DNA of 64,000 nt from a virus: positions 1-64,000 of the IMG/VR virus record IMGVR_UViG_3300046820_001050; one strand, 5' to 3'. Below, in pieces: positions 34,970 to 43,903 of the stretch (positions within the stretch are counted from its first letter, which is position 1; every line of letters starts with the position of its first letter). The position numbers were made by a program, and so were the translations under genes. Under the pieces are notes generated by a model. That model saw only the letters and a list, made by a program, of their open reading frames with translations. It had not been told where the DNA came from and did no database searches.

Positions 34970-35637
34970 TCTGCACCATACGACTCTCTTTTTTCATCAA
35001 ATTTTATATTATGATACCAGTTTGGTAGAGCATATCTTGGTCCTTTTGTAACTGGGTGAACCTCATGAACATATAGGAAGTTGGATGGAAAAAATAAAAT
35101 GCTGCCAGCCTTTGGTTTTATCTTAATTCCAGAGTGCTTAAACTCTATCTCTCCACCCTCATAGTCATCATTTAAATAAAGCAAAACGGAAAGCACACGA
35201 CTGCTAACCCCTTGATCTTGATGTGCTGGCAGGTATCCACTTTCCTGATACTTTAATATATGCATTTTTGATTCTCTAGATTTAATATTTTTTTCTGCAA
35301 ATGGATATAGTTCAGTAGAATAGTGGCTAAGTGTTTTTTCTAGTGCTCCAAAAAGTTGATCGGATATACTTTTTTGCTCTTCATAATAAGGATCTTTTAA
35401 GTCAATATTCTCAACTTGTGGTATAAACTTTTGCAAACAAAACATTAGTTCATTTTTACCCTTGCCAAAAGTTCTAGGGATCCAAGGCTTAACACATGTA
35501 TCTTTGTAATTTTCTGATACACACTTACTATCTAATTCTTCTATTTGCTTAATTAAAAAATCTGGATTTTCTATTACATTTGTATAGTATACCAACCCTA
35601 GGTCAAGCACCTCACAGTTAAAATCTGGCATGTCCAT
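34966..35637 (-). CDS. 2OG-Fe(II) oxygenase
   Basis: AHQD...YLNDDYEGGE...YVHEV...RY. Confidence 0.9.
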   Translation of the reverse strand: MDMPDFNCEVLDLGLVYYTNVIENPDFLIKQIEELDSKCVSENYKDTCVKPWIPRTFGKGKNELMFCLQKFIPQVENIDLKDPYYEEQKSISDQLFGALEKTLSHYSTELYPFAEKNIKSRESKMHILKYQESGYLPAHQDQGVSSRVLSVLLYLNDDYEGGEIEFKHSGIKIKPKAGSILFFPSNFLYVHEVHPVTKGPRYALPNWYHNIKFDEKRESYGAE

Positions 35638-35748
35638 GTCCCTTCTTAACTAGTAGATAAAGTTATTATCTCTAGGATTTTTTCTAATTTTTCTTTTAAT
35701 AAAATAATATCTTATAGTTCTGATTATTTTTTTCATAATTTTCTCCCA

Positions 35749-36312
35749 CTAGTTTAAATCTGGATCTATTGTAACATAGCCCTTTGGATGCTCTGTTTGA
35801 GTTGTATGCATATAAAGCAGTGTTGATCTGTGTCCACTTTCTATTGGAGATATTCCATGCCTCCACAATTCCCCATCACTTGGGAAAAATACTCCATCAT
35901 ATTTTTTTGGTTTATAAGTAAAATTAAGTGCTGGAAAATATAAATCTCCACCAGTAAAATTGTCATCAAGATATATTACAGTGCTATACTCTATAAATTC
36001 CTCTGGCGGTTGATCATCAACGTGTGCATCTCCCTGCATTCCTGTTTGCCAGACCGAACCAAATGACTTGAATGTCTTTATTTTTTTTGTTTCTTCTGGA
36101 TGCAGTCTATGGTGAACATCAATAGATAGTAAAGAATATTTTTTTTGAATAGCAAGAACAGTCTTGTTGTATGGATAGGCAGTTCCTCCGTACCTAGTGC
36201 TGTAGTATTCTGGGTATGGATTTTTTTCTGAAGGGCTTTTTATTTCACTCAATAAAATATCAGCATCTGCAGGACTAATAAAATTCTCAATTATAACTGG
36301 CTGCTTTATCAT
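35749..36312 (-). CDS. 2OG-Fe(II) oxygenase
   Basis: AHVD...YLDDNFTGGD...HGI...R. Confidence 0.85.
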   Translation of the reverse strand: MIKQPVIIENFISPADADILLSEIKSPSEKNPYPEYYSTRYGGTAYPYNKTVLAIQKKYSLLSIDVHHRLHPEETKKIKTFKSFGSVWQTGMQGDAHVDDQPPEEFIEYSTVIYLDDNFTGGDLYFPALNFTYKPKKYDGVFFPSDGELWRHGISPIESGHRSTLLYMHTTQTEHPKGYVTIDPDLN

Positions 36313-36345
36313 TTCTTTCTCCCTAAACTAATTATAGCACAGACA

Positions 36346-37179
36346 TCAATAAATACTTTTTTGCACTTCATGAAATCTTCTTTCGGACATGCCGTCTAGA
36401 TTTGTTAGTGGTACATACTCAACATCATCCATAGGGTATGGAAAATATGCCAACCTGCTGAAATCATAATCAATAATTTTCATAAGTTGATCAACCCCTA
36501 AAATATCAGAACTCTTATTTTTAAAAGAGTCTATGATTTTTGAATAGTTGTGTCGCAATGCAAATGGTACAAAATCTTTTTCCAGTATACTAGGTTCTTC
36601 ATCATTGACTAAACTAGTCGCAACTGATAGGATTGGAATGCTTTCATGTGCAGCAAACATAGACAAACACTCCTCAACCCCATAGTACTTAAACATTGAT
36701 ATATCTGGCAACCTTTTAAATAATCCAAAAGGAATAAAGAAAAACTCTTTAACTAGCCAATTGGTTAGTGTTGCTGAGCCTGTCTCTATCTTTTTATATT
36801 CTGGATAAAACTTGTAATTGTTTTTATCAAATACAATATTATGATTGCCAGATATAATTATCTCTGCTTGATTACTGTTTAACAATAATTCAGAATCCCA
36901 ATTTTTTTCAAACATTTTAGCGCCATCAATATACATAAAAAAATCAAAGCCTTTTCTTTTCTTTAAGTAATTTAAATGTATAAATCTAGATATTAAACTG
37001 TCCCAGTGTATATGGTTATATTCTATGTCTAAAAATTTATCTGGCCTTGATACATTTGTCTGATCATATACGATGATATGAACAGAGTTTTCACCACTTT
37101 GATTTTTTATAAGTTGCTCTACTGCTTGTGGTAACAACTTACTTTTGTAGCCATAAAAATAAACCAGTATACTTTTCAT
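36346..37179 (-). CDS. divergent GT-A glycosyltransferase (GT60/Gnt1-like)
   Basis: FFMYIDG..MFEKNWD..L and YYGVEE.LS resemble Gnt1-family motifs; DxH is degenerate. Confidence 0.5.
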   Translation of the reverse strand: MKSILVYFYGYKSKLLPQAVEQLIKNQSGENSVHIIVYDQTNVSRPDKFLDIEYNHIHWDSLISRFIHLNYLKKRKGFDFFMYIDGAKMFEKNWDSELLLNSNQAEIIISGNHNIVFDKNNYKFYPEYKKIETGSATLTNWLVKEFFFIPFGLFKRLPDISMFKYYGVEECLSMFAAHESIPILSVATSLVNDEEPSILEKDFVPFALRHNYSKIIDSFKNKSSDILGVDQLMKIIDYDFSRLAYFPYPMDDVEYVPLTNLDGMSERRFHEVQKSIY

Positions 37180-37180
37180 T

Positions 37181-37846
37181 TTACAACAATGGTATCCAGT
37201 GCTGCTCGATTGTTTGATCTCCACCTCTAAGTAAAGACTCTAAAGGCTGAATGTCATAGGCAACTGTAATTCTTGATCCAGACCAGTCCCAATCACCCTG
37301 TGCATGCGGATGACCCATTTCAGAAACAATCATCCTATTGTCAATATTATGATTTGCAACTTCTTTGTTTGGATCCCCATAAAGTCTATAGTATGTTATT
37401 GATGGCTCAGCCTTTACACAATAATACCCATGAAAATTAGGAGCACCAGGTGCGCCGTGATCATGCCAGTTTAACTTTCCATTTCCTGCTTTATTTATAT
37501 TGAACCAACCCTGAACGTAGTACTGTTGCTTTTCAAAATCTACACCATAATATTCGCAGGCTTCCTTAACAGTTTTTGACAGTTCAGAATACAACTTGTA
37601 TAAAGAAGGATGGTAAAGTTGAAATACATTATATTCTCTCCACTTTACAGTTGACAAACTTCCAGACTCTAGCCAGTACCCTGGATCATTTTCCATTGTT
37701 TCAACGCCACGAAGTTTTGCGTTTTCAATCAGTTTGTACTTTTCTTCTAAAAACCTAGCCAGTTCTTCTAGATCATTGTCTAGATATTTTTCAAAAAACT
37801 TATGTTCTTTGTTGTTTCTTAACATAGGCCCGTTTGAGTTTAGCAT
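37181..37846 (-). CDS. 2OG-Fe(II) oxygenase-like (DSBH) protein
   Basis: GWFNIN...WHDH...GYY...HPH...RITVAYDI. Confidence 0.7.
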   Translation of the reverse strand: MLNSNGPMLRNNKEHKFFEKYLDNDLEELARFLEEKYKLIENAKLRGVETMENDPGYWLESGSLSTVKWREYNVFQLYHPSLYKLYSELSKTVKEACEYYGVDFEKQQYYVQGWFNINKAGNGKLNWHDHGAPGAPNFHGYYCVKAEPSITYYRLYGDPNKEVANHNIDNRMIVSEMGHPHAQGDWDWSGSRITVAYDIQPLESLLRGGDQTIEQHWIPLL

Positions 37847-38610
37847 TACTTATCTCCTTTATTATTTACTTGCTCTTTATTGTATTTTGCATATTCTTTT
37901 TTTCTCCATGCAAATTTTCTGTAGTGTGCAGTTATATCAGACCTTCTGTTTTCTGATCTTAACTGATGCTTTTCTATAGAATCAGATGAGTCATCAACTA
38001 CCAGATTCCAAGGCTCTCTTTTGATTGGAATCATTTGAAACACTGGTGTTCCCATAGGTATTACTCCTTCAAAATCTTTTTTTATAAAGAATGGTATAAA
38101 TGCAGGCAGTCCCCAAATATCTGAGTCTACTAATCCAGAAGGAACCCAAAACGGTAGATCTGGTCTGTTTATTGGCATTGTTAGCAATATAGAATATCCT
38201 TCAGGTGTTTCATAAAACCAATTCATCTTTACACCAAAATGTATTGGATGAACATCTTTTGGAATTGCCATATCAACATTTGGTCTTTTGTCCATCAACA
38301 TAAAATCTTTTTTCCAAGACAGAGAAGGCTTTCCGTGTAAATCTAGTTTTACCTCTAGATCATCTTCTAGTACATACATATACCCAAGAGACATTGCATC
38401 CTGGAATGGTAAACAAAGTTTTGTAGAAACATTTGATCCATCCCCACCTCTATCATTTACTGGGTGCAAATCTTTTAAGTCATTGCTGTTAAAATGTTTT
38501 GCTAAATCTCTATACCACTGAGGTATTTTTTTATATGACGGCTCTGGAGATATAAAATTGTCAATGTTCCCGCTTGGAATAAAGGTTAACTCTAAATCAT
38601 TGTTTTCCAT
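37846..38610 (-). CDS. conserved phage protein (DUF6065-like beta protein)
   Basis: IPQWY...TK.C.PF.DAM..GY...TPEGYS...P.N...G.VD.D...G.P..Q.IP.KRE.W. Confidence 0.6.
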   Translation of the reverse strand: MENNDLELTFIPSGNIDNFISPEPSYKKIPQWYRDLAKHFNSNDLKDLHPVNDRGGDGSNVSTKLCLPFQDAMSLGYMYVLEDDLEVKLDLHGKPSLSWKKDFMLMDKRPNVDMAIPKDVHPIHFGVKMNWFYETPEGYSILLTMPINRPDLPFWVPSGLVDSDIWGLPAFIPFFIKKDFEGVIPMGTPVFQMIPIKREPWNLVVDDSSDSIEKHQLRSENRRSDITAHYRKFAWRKKEYAKYNKEQVNNKGDK

Positions 38611-39256
38611 AATCTTCTTTTAACCTTTCTATCTCTTCATCACTTAAAATAACAGACATGTCATACATTGGAGTATTCTTACTAATGATAGCATACTTTT
38701 CTTTTAGATGATATACACCAGTATTTTTAATTTTAAAATCAACAAATTCTGTATTTGCGTATGGGACATTGCTTTCGACTATTTTTCCCTTAAAAATTTT
38801 TTGAACTACATAAAAAGGAGTTTGCTCATCCATCACTGGATCAATAATAATATTAGCATTCTTATTTATAAACCAGGGTACATAAAATTTATATGTTGGC
38901 TTAAAGCATTCATTACTTTCTAGATTATTTTCAGAAGGATAGAACTGTCTTTGATTGCATTTGTCTAAGGCGTATATGACATCTTTGTCTTTTTCCTCAA
39001 CCCATATCTCTGCGTGAGTTCTTTGTCTAAAAGTAACCAAATTATTATCTATTTTTAATATTGTTGGCCTTGTGTATAAACTAAATGCATATCTGTTTAT
39101 TGGGTGCAAAACACTTTTGATATTTTGCATGTATCCTGAGTCATACCTGGCCCAATGATCTGGCATTTTTGATTGACGGACTATTACTGAAAAAGGTAAG
39201 TTTTCAGAATTAAGCCACCATTCAGATCCTGAAATATAATTCTTGCTTTTTATCAT
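38597..39256 (-). CDS. hypothetical protein
   Basis: ORF in the same operon. Confidence 0.65.
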   Translation of the reverse strand: MIKSKNYISGSEWWLNSENLPFSVIVRQSKMPDHWARYDSGYMQNIKSVLHPINRYAFSLYTRPTILKIDNNLVTFRQRTHAEIWVEEKDKDVIYALDKCNQRQFYPSENNLESNECFKPTYKFYVPWFINKNANIIIDPVMDEQTPFYVVQKIFKGKIVESNVPYANTEFVDFKIKNTGVYHLKEKYAIISKNTPMYDMSVILSDEEIERLKEDYGKQ

Positions 39257-39303
39257 TTTCCCTTATTCTAAAATATTAATACAATAATTATACACCACTC
39301 TTG

Positions 39304-39376
39304 CTGCCCCACCTGGCCTCGATCCAGGGACATCCGAATTAACAGTTCGGCACTCTACCAACTGAGTTATAGGGCA
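39304..39376 (-). tRNA. tRNA-Asn(GTT) with atypical T-loop
   Basis: TGCCCTA/TGGGGCA; CCGAA-CTGTTAA-TTCGG; T-loop ATCGAGG. Confidence 0.88.
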
Positions 39377-39379
39377 ATA

Positions 39380-39406
39380 GGGCAGTTTTAAGTCATGCCT
39401 AGGACT
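39380..39406 (-). ncRNA. pseudoknot motif, copy 7 (between S8 stop and tRNA-Asn)
   Basis: AGTC-CT-AGGCA-T-GACT-TAAAAC-TGCCC; compensatory change in stem 2. Confidence 0.7.
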
Positions 39407-39411
39407 ATTTT

Positions 39412-40311
39412 TTAATTACGAATATATGATGCAGAACCAATCAAAATCTTTGGCAGAGAAGTTAGATAATCTCCAAAAGTTTTGTCTGTATTTCTACTCA
39501 CGTATGATGCTGCTGATACCACGGTTGCTACAGAACTTCCAGCAGTATCTGTTGTTGAGCCATTGTACTTGGTAATAGTTACCTTTCCAGGTGCAACCAT
39601 ATCAAGTCCAGGACCTGTATTTGTTGCTGTCTCTAGTTGCGTTGCAATAGAAAAAGGTCCTGAAACAGTATTAGCCAAAGCACCAACACCAATTACTCCC
39701 TCAATACATGCAGGAAATCCAACAATATCTCTTCGTCTGTCATTGCCTGTTGCAACAAATACTGGGATATTGCTCTTACCTAAAGATGCTACTGCATTAA
39801 TAGCGACTGTGTTTGTTGAGCATAGTGCAAGGTTACCTGCACTGACTGAAGACTGACTAATCGATAGAGCATCAATGCTGTACTTTGCTGCGTTCTGTGA
39901 TACCCAATTCATTGCTGAAACTAATGATGTTACCTGGCTAGAAAGCATATTTTGATTTCCATTTTTGTCTGTATTTGAAATTCTTATGAATACAATTTTA
40001 ATATTGGGGTTAGCAGTAAGGGCAGACTTAACCATCTGATCTCCATGATAAATTCCATTATTAATAGATGTTGGCCATGCTACTGCTGCTGCACCTTTGC
40101 CTTCCATAAAAGTGTTGCCGTTGGGACATGCTACTGGATTTGCAATCACATTTTGTCCTGTAAAACAAACCTCATGAATAATTGATGGAAAGTTATTTGA
40201 GTTAATAGCAGAGTCAATGACTGCTAATACTCTTTCATCTTGTGCTTGCGCTGGCTGAATTGCTGTAAATGCAATTGTAATTGATAGTAGTGCTAGTAGT
40301 AACTTCTTCAT
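39412..40311 (-). CDS. secreted subtilisin-like (S8) serine peptidase
   Basis: signal peptide; AVIDS (Asp), YHG (His), ATGND (Asn), AGSS.AT (Ser). Confidence 0.8.
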   Translation of the reverse strand: MKKLLLALLSITIAFTAIQPAQAQDERVLAVIDSAINSNNFPSIIHEVCFTGQNVIANPVACPNGNTFMEGKGAAAVAWPTSINNGIYHGDQMVKSALTANPNIKIVFIRISNTDKNGNQNMLSSQVTSLVSAMNWVSQNAAKYSIDALSISQSSVSAGNLALCSTNTVAINAVASLGKSNIPVFVATGNDRRRDIVGFPACIEGVIGVGALANTVSGPFSIATQLETATNTGPGLDMVAPGKVTITKYNGSTTDTAGSSVATVVSAASYVSRNTDKTFGDYLTSLPKILIGSASYIRN

Positions 40312-40331
40312 TATTTTCTCCTTGTTATTAT

Positions 40332-40550
40332 TTATTGTTTGATTTTTAAAACTAATTGGCATGGGTCTCCGCCTTCTTCCCACTCTTGCTGTTCTTCTTT
40401 AGTCATGTAAGGATCTCCTTCATGTGTATTGCAGAATGGCTCTGTTATCCATCCCCGCTCAATTCCATTTTCAAGCCAGATCTCAAACTCATCAAAGTCT
40501 GACTCCATATTCTGAATGTCCTTTAGGATCTCTTCAAATTCTTCGTTCAT
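40332..40550 (-). CDS. acidic hypothetical protein
   Basis: W...G...GW...C.THEG...EEW..GGDPC. Confidence 0.7.
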   Translation of the reverse strand: MNEEFEEILKDIQNMESDFDEFEIWLENGIERGWITEPFCNTHEGDPYMTKEEQQEWEEGGDPCQLVLKIKQ

Positions 40551-40565
40551 ATACTAAGTATACTC

Positions 40566-41090
40566 CTAAGCGCTTATGATGTCAACTGGGCCCATGCATG
40601 ACGGGTTAAATTTGATTGCTGCAGAAACTGCTTGATTAACTCTGTTCCTTGCATTTTTTTGCTTATCTGTTGCATATAAAACCCCATATGCATACTCTGA
40701 TCCAGAGCCAATAGAAACATATGGCAATGAGTATTTAGATAATGACATATCTCCAGAACTGTGCTCATAGATTTCACCACGAATACCAATAATTAAACTA
40801 AGTTCGCCCTCTTTTGATGTGTCAATCCAGAACTCGTTGTAAAACTCACGAAGTTCTTTGATAAACTTTGTATGCATAAATTTATCTGTATCTTTAATGT
40901 TGGGTGCTGATGGTCTAAAGTTGTGTCTAATTCTGTCGCCATCCATTGATCCAGCATAACCAATTAGATATGGACCGACTCTCCAAACCTTTGGGGATTC
41001 AAGTGAAAGAATAACTCCATCATCTGATGCTCCACGATCTCCAGCCATATAAATCTTATCTTCATGGCGCAAAGCAACAATACAGGTCAT
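40566..41090 (-). CDS. HslV/proteasome-beta-like Ntn protease
   Basis: N-terminal Thr (MTCIV), MAGD, K, IGYAGS, IGSGS.YA.G. Confidence 0.8.
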   Translation of the reverse strand: MTCIVALRHEDKIYMAGDRGASDDGVILSLESPKVWRVGPYLIGYAGSMDGDRIRHNFRPSAPNIKDTDKFMHTKFIKELREFYNEFWIDTSKEGELSLIIGIRGEIYEHSSGDMSLSKYSLPYVSIGSGSEYAYGVLYATDKQKNARNRVNQAVSAAIKFNPSCMGPVDIISA

Positions 41091-41167
41091 GACAAAGCCC
41101 TCTCCAGATAGGTGATACTTAAGTATACCATTGCCCAGAGAGGGCTGTCAACTACCGTCAATAATGA

Positions 41168-41452
41168 CTAATTAGCCTTTTTGTCTACCGTCTTAAACGC
41201 ATCATTGATCTCTGCCAATGTGAGTTTTCCATCGTCCAAAAAAGCCCTTGCAAGCCTTTCAATAACGGTGGCTACTCCTAATAGTCCTGCAAGCATTACT
41301 GCCTGAATTGTATCAATTCCAACTACTGCTCCAGCACCAAGTACTGATAGACCAGATGCTGCGAACACTGCTACAATTCTCATTAGTACATTTGTTAATG
41401 CCTTCTGTGGGTGCTCCTTCTTAGGAGGCTCTACTACCTTTTTAGTTGCCAT
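41168..41452 (-). CDS. membrane protein
   Basis: two TM segments, DDGKL...EI; GGAGG SD. Confidence 0.7.
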   Translation of the reverse strand: MATKKVVEPPKKEHPQKALTNVLMRIVAVFAASGLSVLGAGAVVGIDTIQAVMLAGLLGVATVIERLARAFLDDGKLTLAEINDAFKTVDKKAN

Positions 41453-41454
41453 AT

Positions 41455-41661
41455 TTAGTCCTCCTTTCTTAGCGGGATTGTGATAAGCCAAATTACTGTG
41501 GTTGCAAGTACTGCAATACCAACAATGTCTCTTGCTGATCCCGTCAAAGTTAGCCATGCGATGAAGAAGCCAAGGAGAGTAAAGGCCTGTGCAATCACTT
41601 CCACCCCTGCATCTTTAAGCCATGTGAAGAATCCCTTCACAACCTTTTTGATTATTTTCAT
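41455..41661 (-). CDS. small two-TM membrane protein
   Basis: hydrophobic segments; GAGGAGG SD. Confidence 0.7.
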   Translation of the reverse strand: MKIIKKVVKGFFTWLKDAGVEVIAQAFTLLGFFIAWLTLTGSARDIVGIAVLATTVIWLITIPLRKED

Positions 41662-41663
41662 TT

Positions 41664-43799
41664 TTACCTCCTCATCCCAATCATTACATTTGCAATCTGT
41701 GAAACAATGATTACTGGGATAATGACTTCCTGGGCTTTTTCTCTCTGATCGTCTGTCATGTCCATACCCAACTCAGAGAAATTGGATAGGAGTTCTGTAA
41801 CATCCACATTGAATACTGCTCCAAGTGGATCTTCAAGAAATGCTTCTGTTTGTACTTCTGTTACTGCGTCTGCTAATGTAAATGGCATTGGGGTTTCTCC
41901 TGCATCCCCTGCTCTTTCTGCGAACTCAACAAACGCTGAAGCAAGTGCTGGATTGCCCTTCATCTGCTCAGCAATCTGTGCGACTTCTGATGCCTTGATA
42001 CCAAGGTCTCCAGCAATTTCTGCCTTTGCTTCTTGTGTTAAAGACTTTAGAGTTTGGCTAACTGCTGCTACCTGCTCTGCAGAAAGTTTAACTAATTTGT
42101 TATCCTTGCTTGTAAGGTTAGCAATAACTCCAGATAAATCTTCTGATGTACCAGTTCCCTTTTCAGGAATAAGTGCAGCAAGTTCTTCATCCTTTATTTC
42201 AGGATTCTTTTCTGGCTCTGGTGTTGGTTCTGGCAATGGCTCTGGAGAAGGCTCTATAGAAGGCTCTATGGTAGGCTCTGGCTTTGGCTTAGGCTCTTCT
42301 GTAGGTGTTGGCTTTGGCTCCTCTGGCTTTGTAGGTTCAGGCTTTGGATTCTCTGTTGGATCTGGCTTAGGGCCTGGCTGTGTTGGCTTTGGACCTGGCT
42401 CTTCTGTTCCAGTAACATTAGTTGGCTTTGGCTCTGGTTTATCTGTTGGTGGTGTAGAAGGCTTTGGCTTTTCTGGTTCAACAGTAGGCTTTGGTGAAGG
42501 CTCTGGCTTAGGTTGATTTGCTGCAGCGTTTGCTGCTGCTTGCGCTATAGCCATTTGAATTTCTCTTTGCAACTGCTTGTCATAATAATTCCAGGCATCT
42601 TGAATTGCATTATTAACATCATTAACTGCTTCATTAAAATCATTTATCGCATTATCTTTTTCAGACAAAGCATCTGCTGTATTATTTACTGCGTTGTCGT
42701 ACTCAGATTCTTTGTTTATTAGTGTTTGATTCAAGGAGTTTAGTATTGCGACTTCTTGGTTGTATACATTTAACTTATCATTATATTCTGACAAGGCATT
42801 ATTATAATCTTGTTGTGCTGCATTTCGTGTTGCAAGTGCTTGATTATAGGCATCTATTTCTGACTGTGTTGGTCCTGATCCAGATGAGAATGTATTAAGA
42901 TTACAAGAGAATCCTACTCCCCATCCACCAGTATAATCACAACCTGCTCCAGTCCACCCTCCAGGTATTGCCCATCCAAGATGATAAGATCCTGGTCCGC
43001 CTCCGTTATACCACCATACCTCTACATTTAAAGTTTTGTTTTGACTTACATCATATACTGGAGAGTATGCACTCCATGTTGCCCCTTGCTCACGCCAGTT
43101 ATTAACTGCAAGATTTCCATTAACAAACATTCTAAAACCATCGTCTGTGTATCCTGCAAAATATGTTGATGTCCAGTGATTCGGCACTGTTATTTGTCCA
43201 GTAAACTTAACTATAAAATTTTGATATCTATTTCCACAAACTGGAAGTTGCATTGAGTTAGAGTTCCAAGTTCCTTCGCATAGCACAGATCCTGGGGTAG
43301 CGACATTACCCTGTCTAACAAGAGTATAAACAGTGTATGCCAAACCTGGACCTCCAGAAGACTGCATATTAGACTGTGTGGTTTGGAGATTGATGTTGGC
43401 TATATTCAGAGAATCCTGGGCATCGTTCTTATCCTTAAAGGCATTGTTTCTATTCTCAAGAGCAATTGCTACTGTGGCTGTCTGCCCATCTACATTTGAC
43501 TGGGCAAGTTCTACTTCTTCTAATGCTAATTCTTCTGCTTCTACTGCATCTTCATAGTCTTTAATTGAGGCATCTCTTACATCCAGCAGATTTTTGGCGT
43601 ACATAAACTTGTTCTCTGCTATGTCAATCATGTCTATTAGACCATCTTTATAGTCTAATTTATCTACTGCGCTATTGAGGTTTTCAATCTGCTTGGCTGC
43701 AACAGTTAGAGGGTCGTCAGAATGAGCCTCTGTAGGGGCTATTATGAGCCATCCAAAGGCTAATATTGTAGCGATTGCTATGCGTGATAATCGTTTTAT
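41664..43799 (-). CDS. surface protein: signal peptide, coiled coil, PA14 domain, Pro/Glu/Lys-rich stalk, C-terminal TM anchor (probable ATA start)
   Basis: frame is open 56 codons upstream of the tracked ATG and encodes KRLSRIAIATILAFGWLIIAPTEAHS; TDDGFRMFVNG...WWYNGGG PA14 motifs. Confidence 0.75.
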   Translation of the reverse strand: MKRLSRIAIATILAFGWLIIAPTEAHSDDPLTVAAKQIENLNSAVDKLDYKDGLIDMIDIAENKFMYAKNLLDVRDASIKDYEDAVEAEELALEEVELAQSNVDGQTATVAIALENRNNAFKDKNDAQDSLNIANINLQTTQSNMQSSGGPGLAYTVYTLVRQGNVATPGSVLCEGTWNSNSMQLPVCGNRYQNFIVKFTGQITVPNHWTSTYFAGYTDDGFRMFVNGNLAVNNWREQGATWSAYSPVYDVSQNKTLNVEVWWYNGGGPGSYHLGWAIPGGWTGAGCDYTGGWGVGFSCNLNTFSSGSGPTQSEIDAYNQALATRNAAQQDYNNALSEYNDKLNVYNQEVAILNSLNQTLINKESEYDNAVNNTADALSEKDNAINDFNEAVNDVNNAIQDAWNYYDKQLQREIQMAIAQAAANAAANQPKPEPSPKPTVEPEKPKPSTPPTDKPEPKPTNVTGTEEPGPKPTQPGPKPDPTENPKPEPTKPEEPKPTPTEEPKPKPEPTIEPSIEPSPEPLPEPTPEPEKNPEIKDEELAALIPEKGTGTSEDLSGVIANLTSKDNKLVKLSAEQVAAVSQTLKSLTQEAKAEIAGDLGIKASEVAQIAEQMKGNPALASAFVEFAERAGDAGETPMPFTLADAVTEVQTEAFLEDPLGAVFNVDVTELLSNFSELGMDMTDDQREKAQEVIIPVIIVSQIANVMIGMRR

Positions 43800-43856
43800 T
43801 TGCCTTCCCCCTTGCAGACGACATGTCTGATAGGATGATTATACCATTTTATTGCA

Positions 43857-43890
43857 CAAAAAAAGGGCTACCGTAATTGGTAACCCCTTT
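43857..43890 (-). terminator. intrinsic terminator
   Basis: GGGTTACC-AATTAC-GGTAGCCC followed by T8. Confidence 0.75.
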
Positions 43891-43903
43891 AATGTTGGAC
43901 TAA

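Noticed and set aside
41758-42516. 252-aa plus-strand Gly/Ser-rich ORF
   Set aside because: Antisense shadow of the Pro-rich stalk codons.
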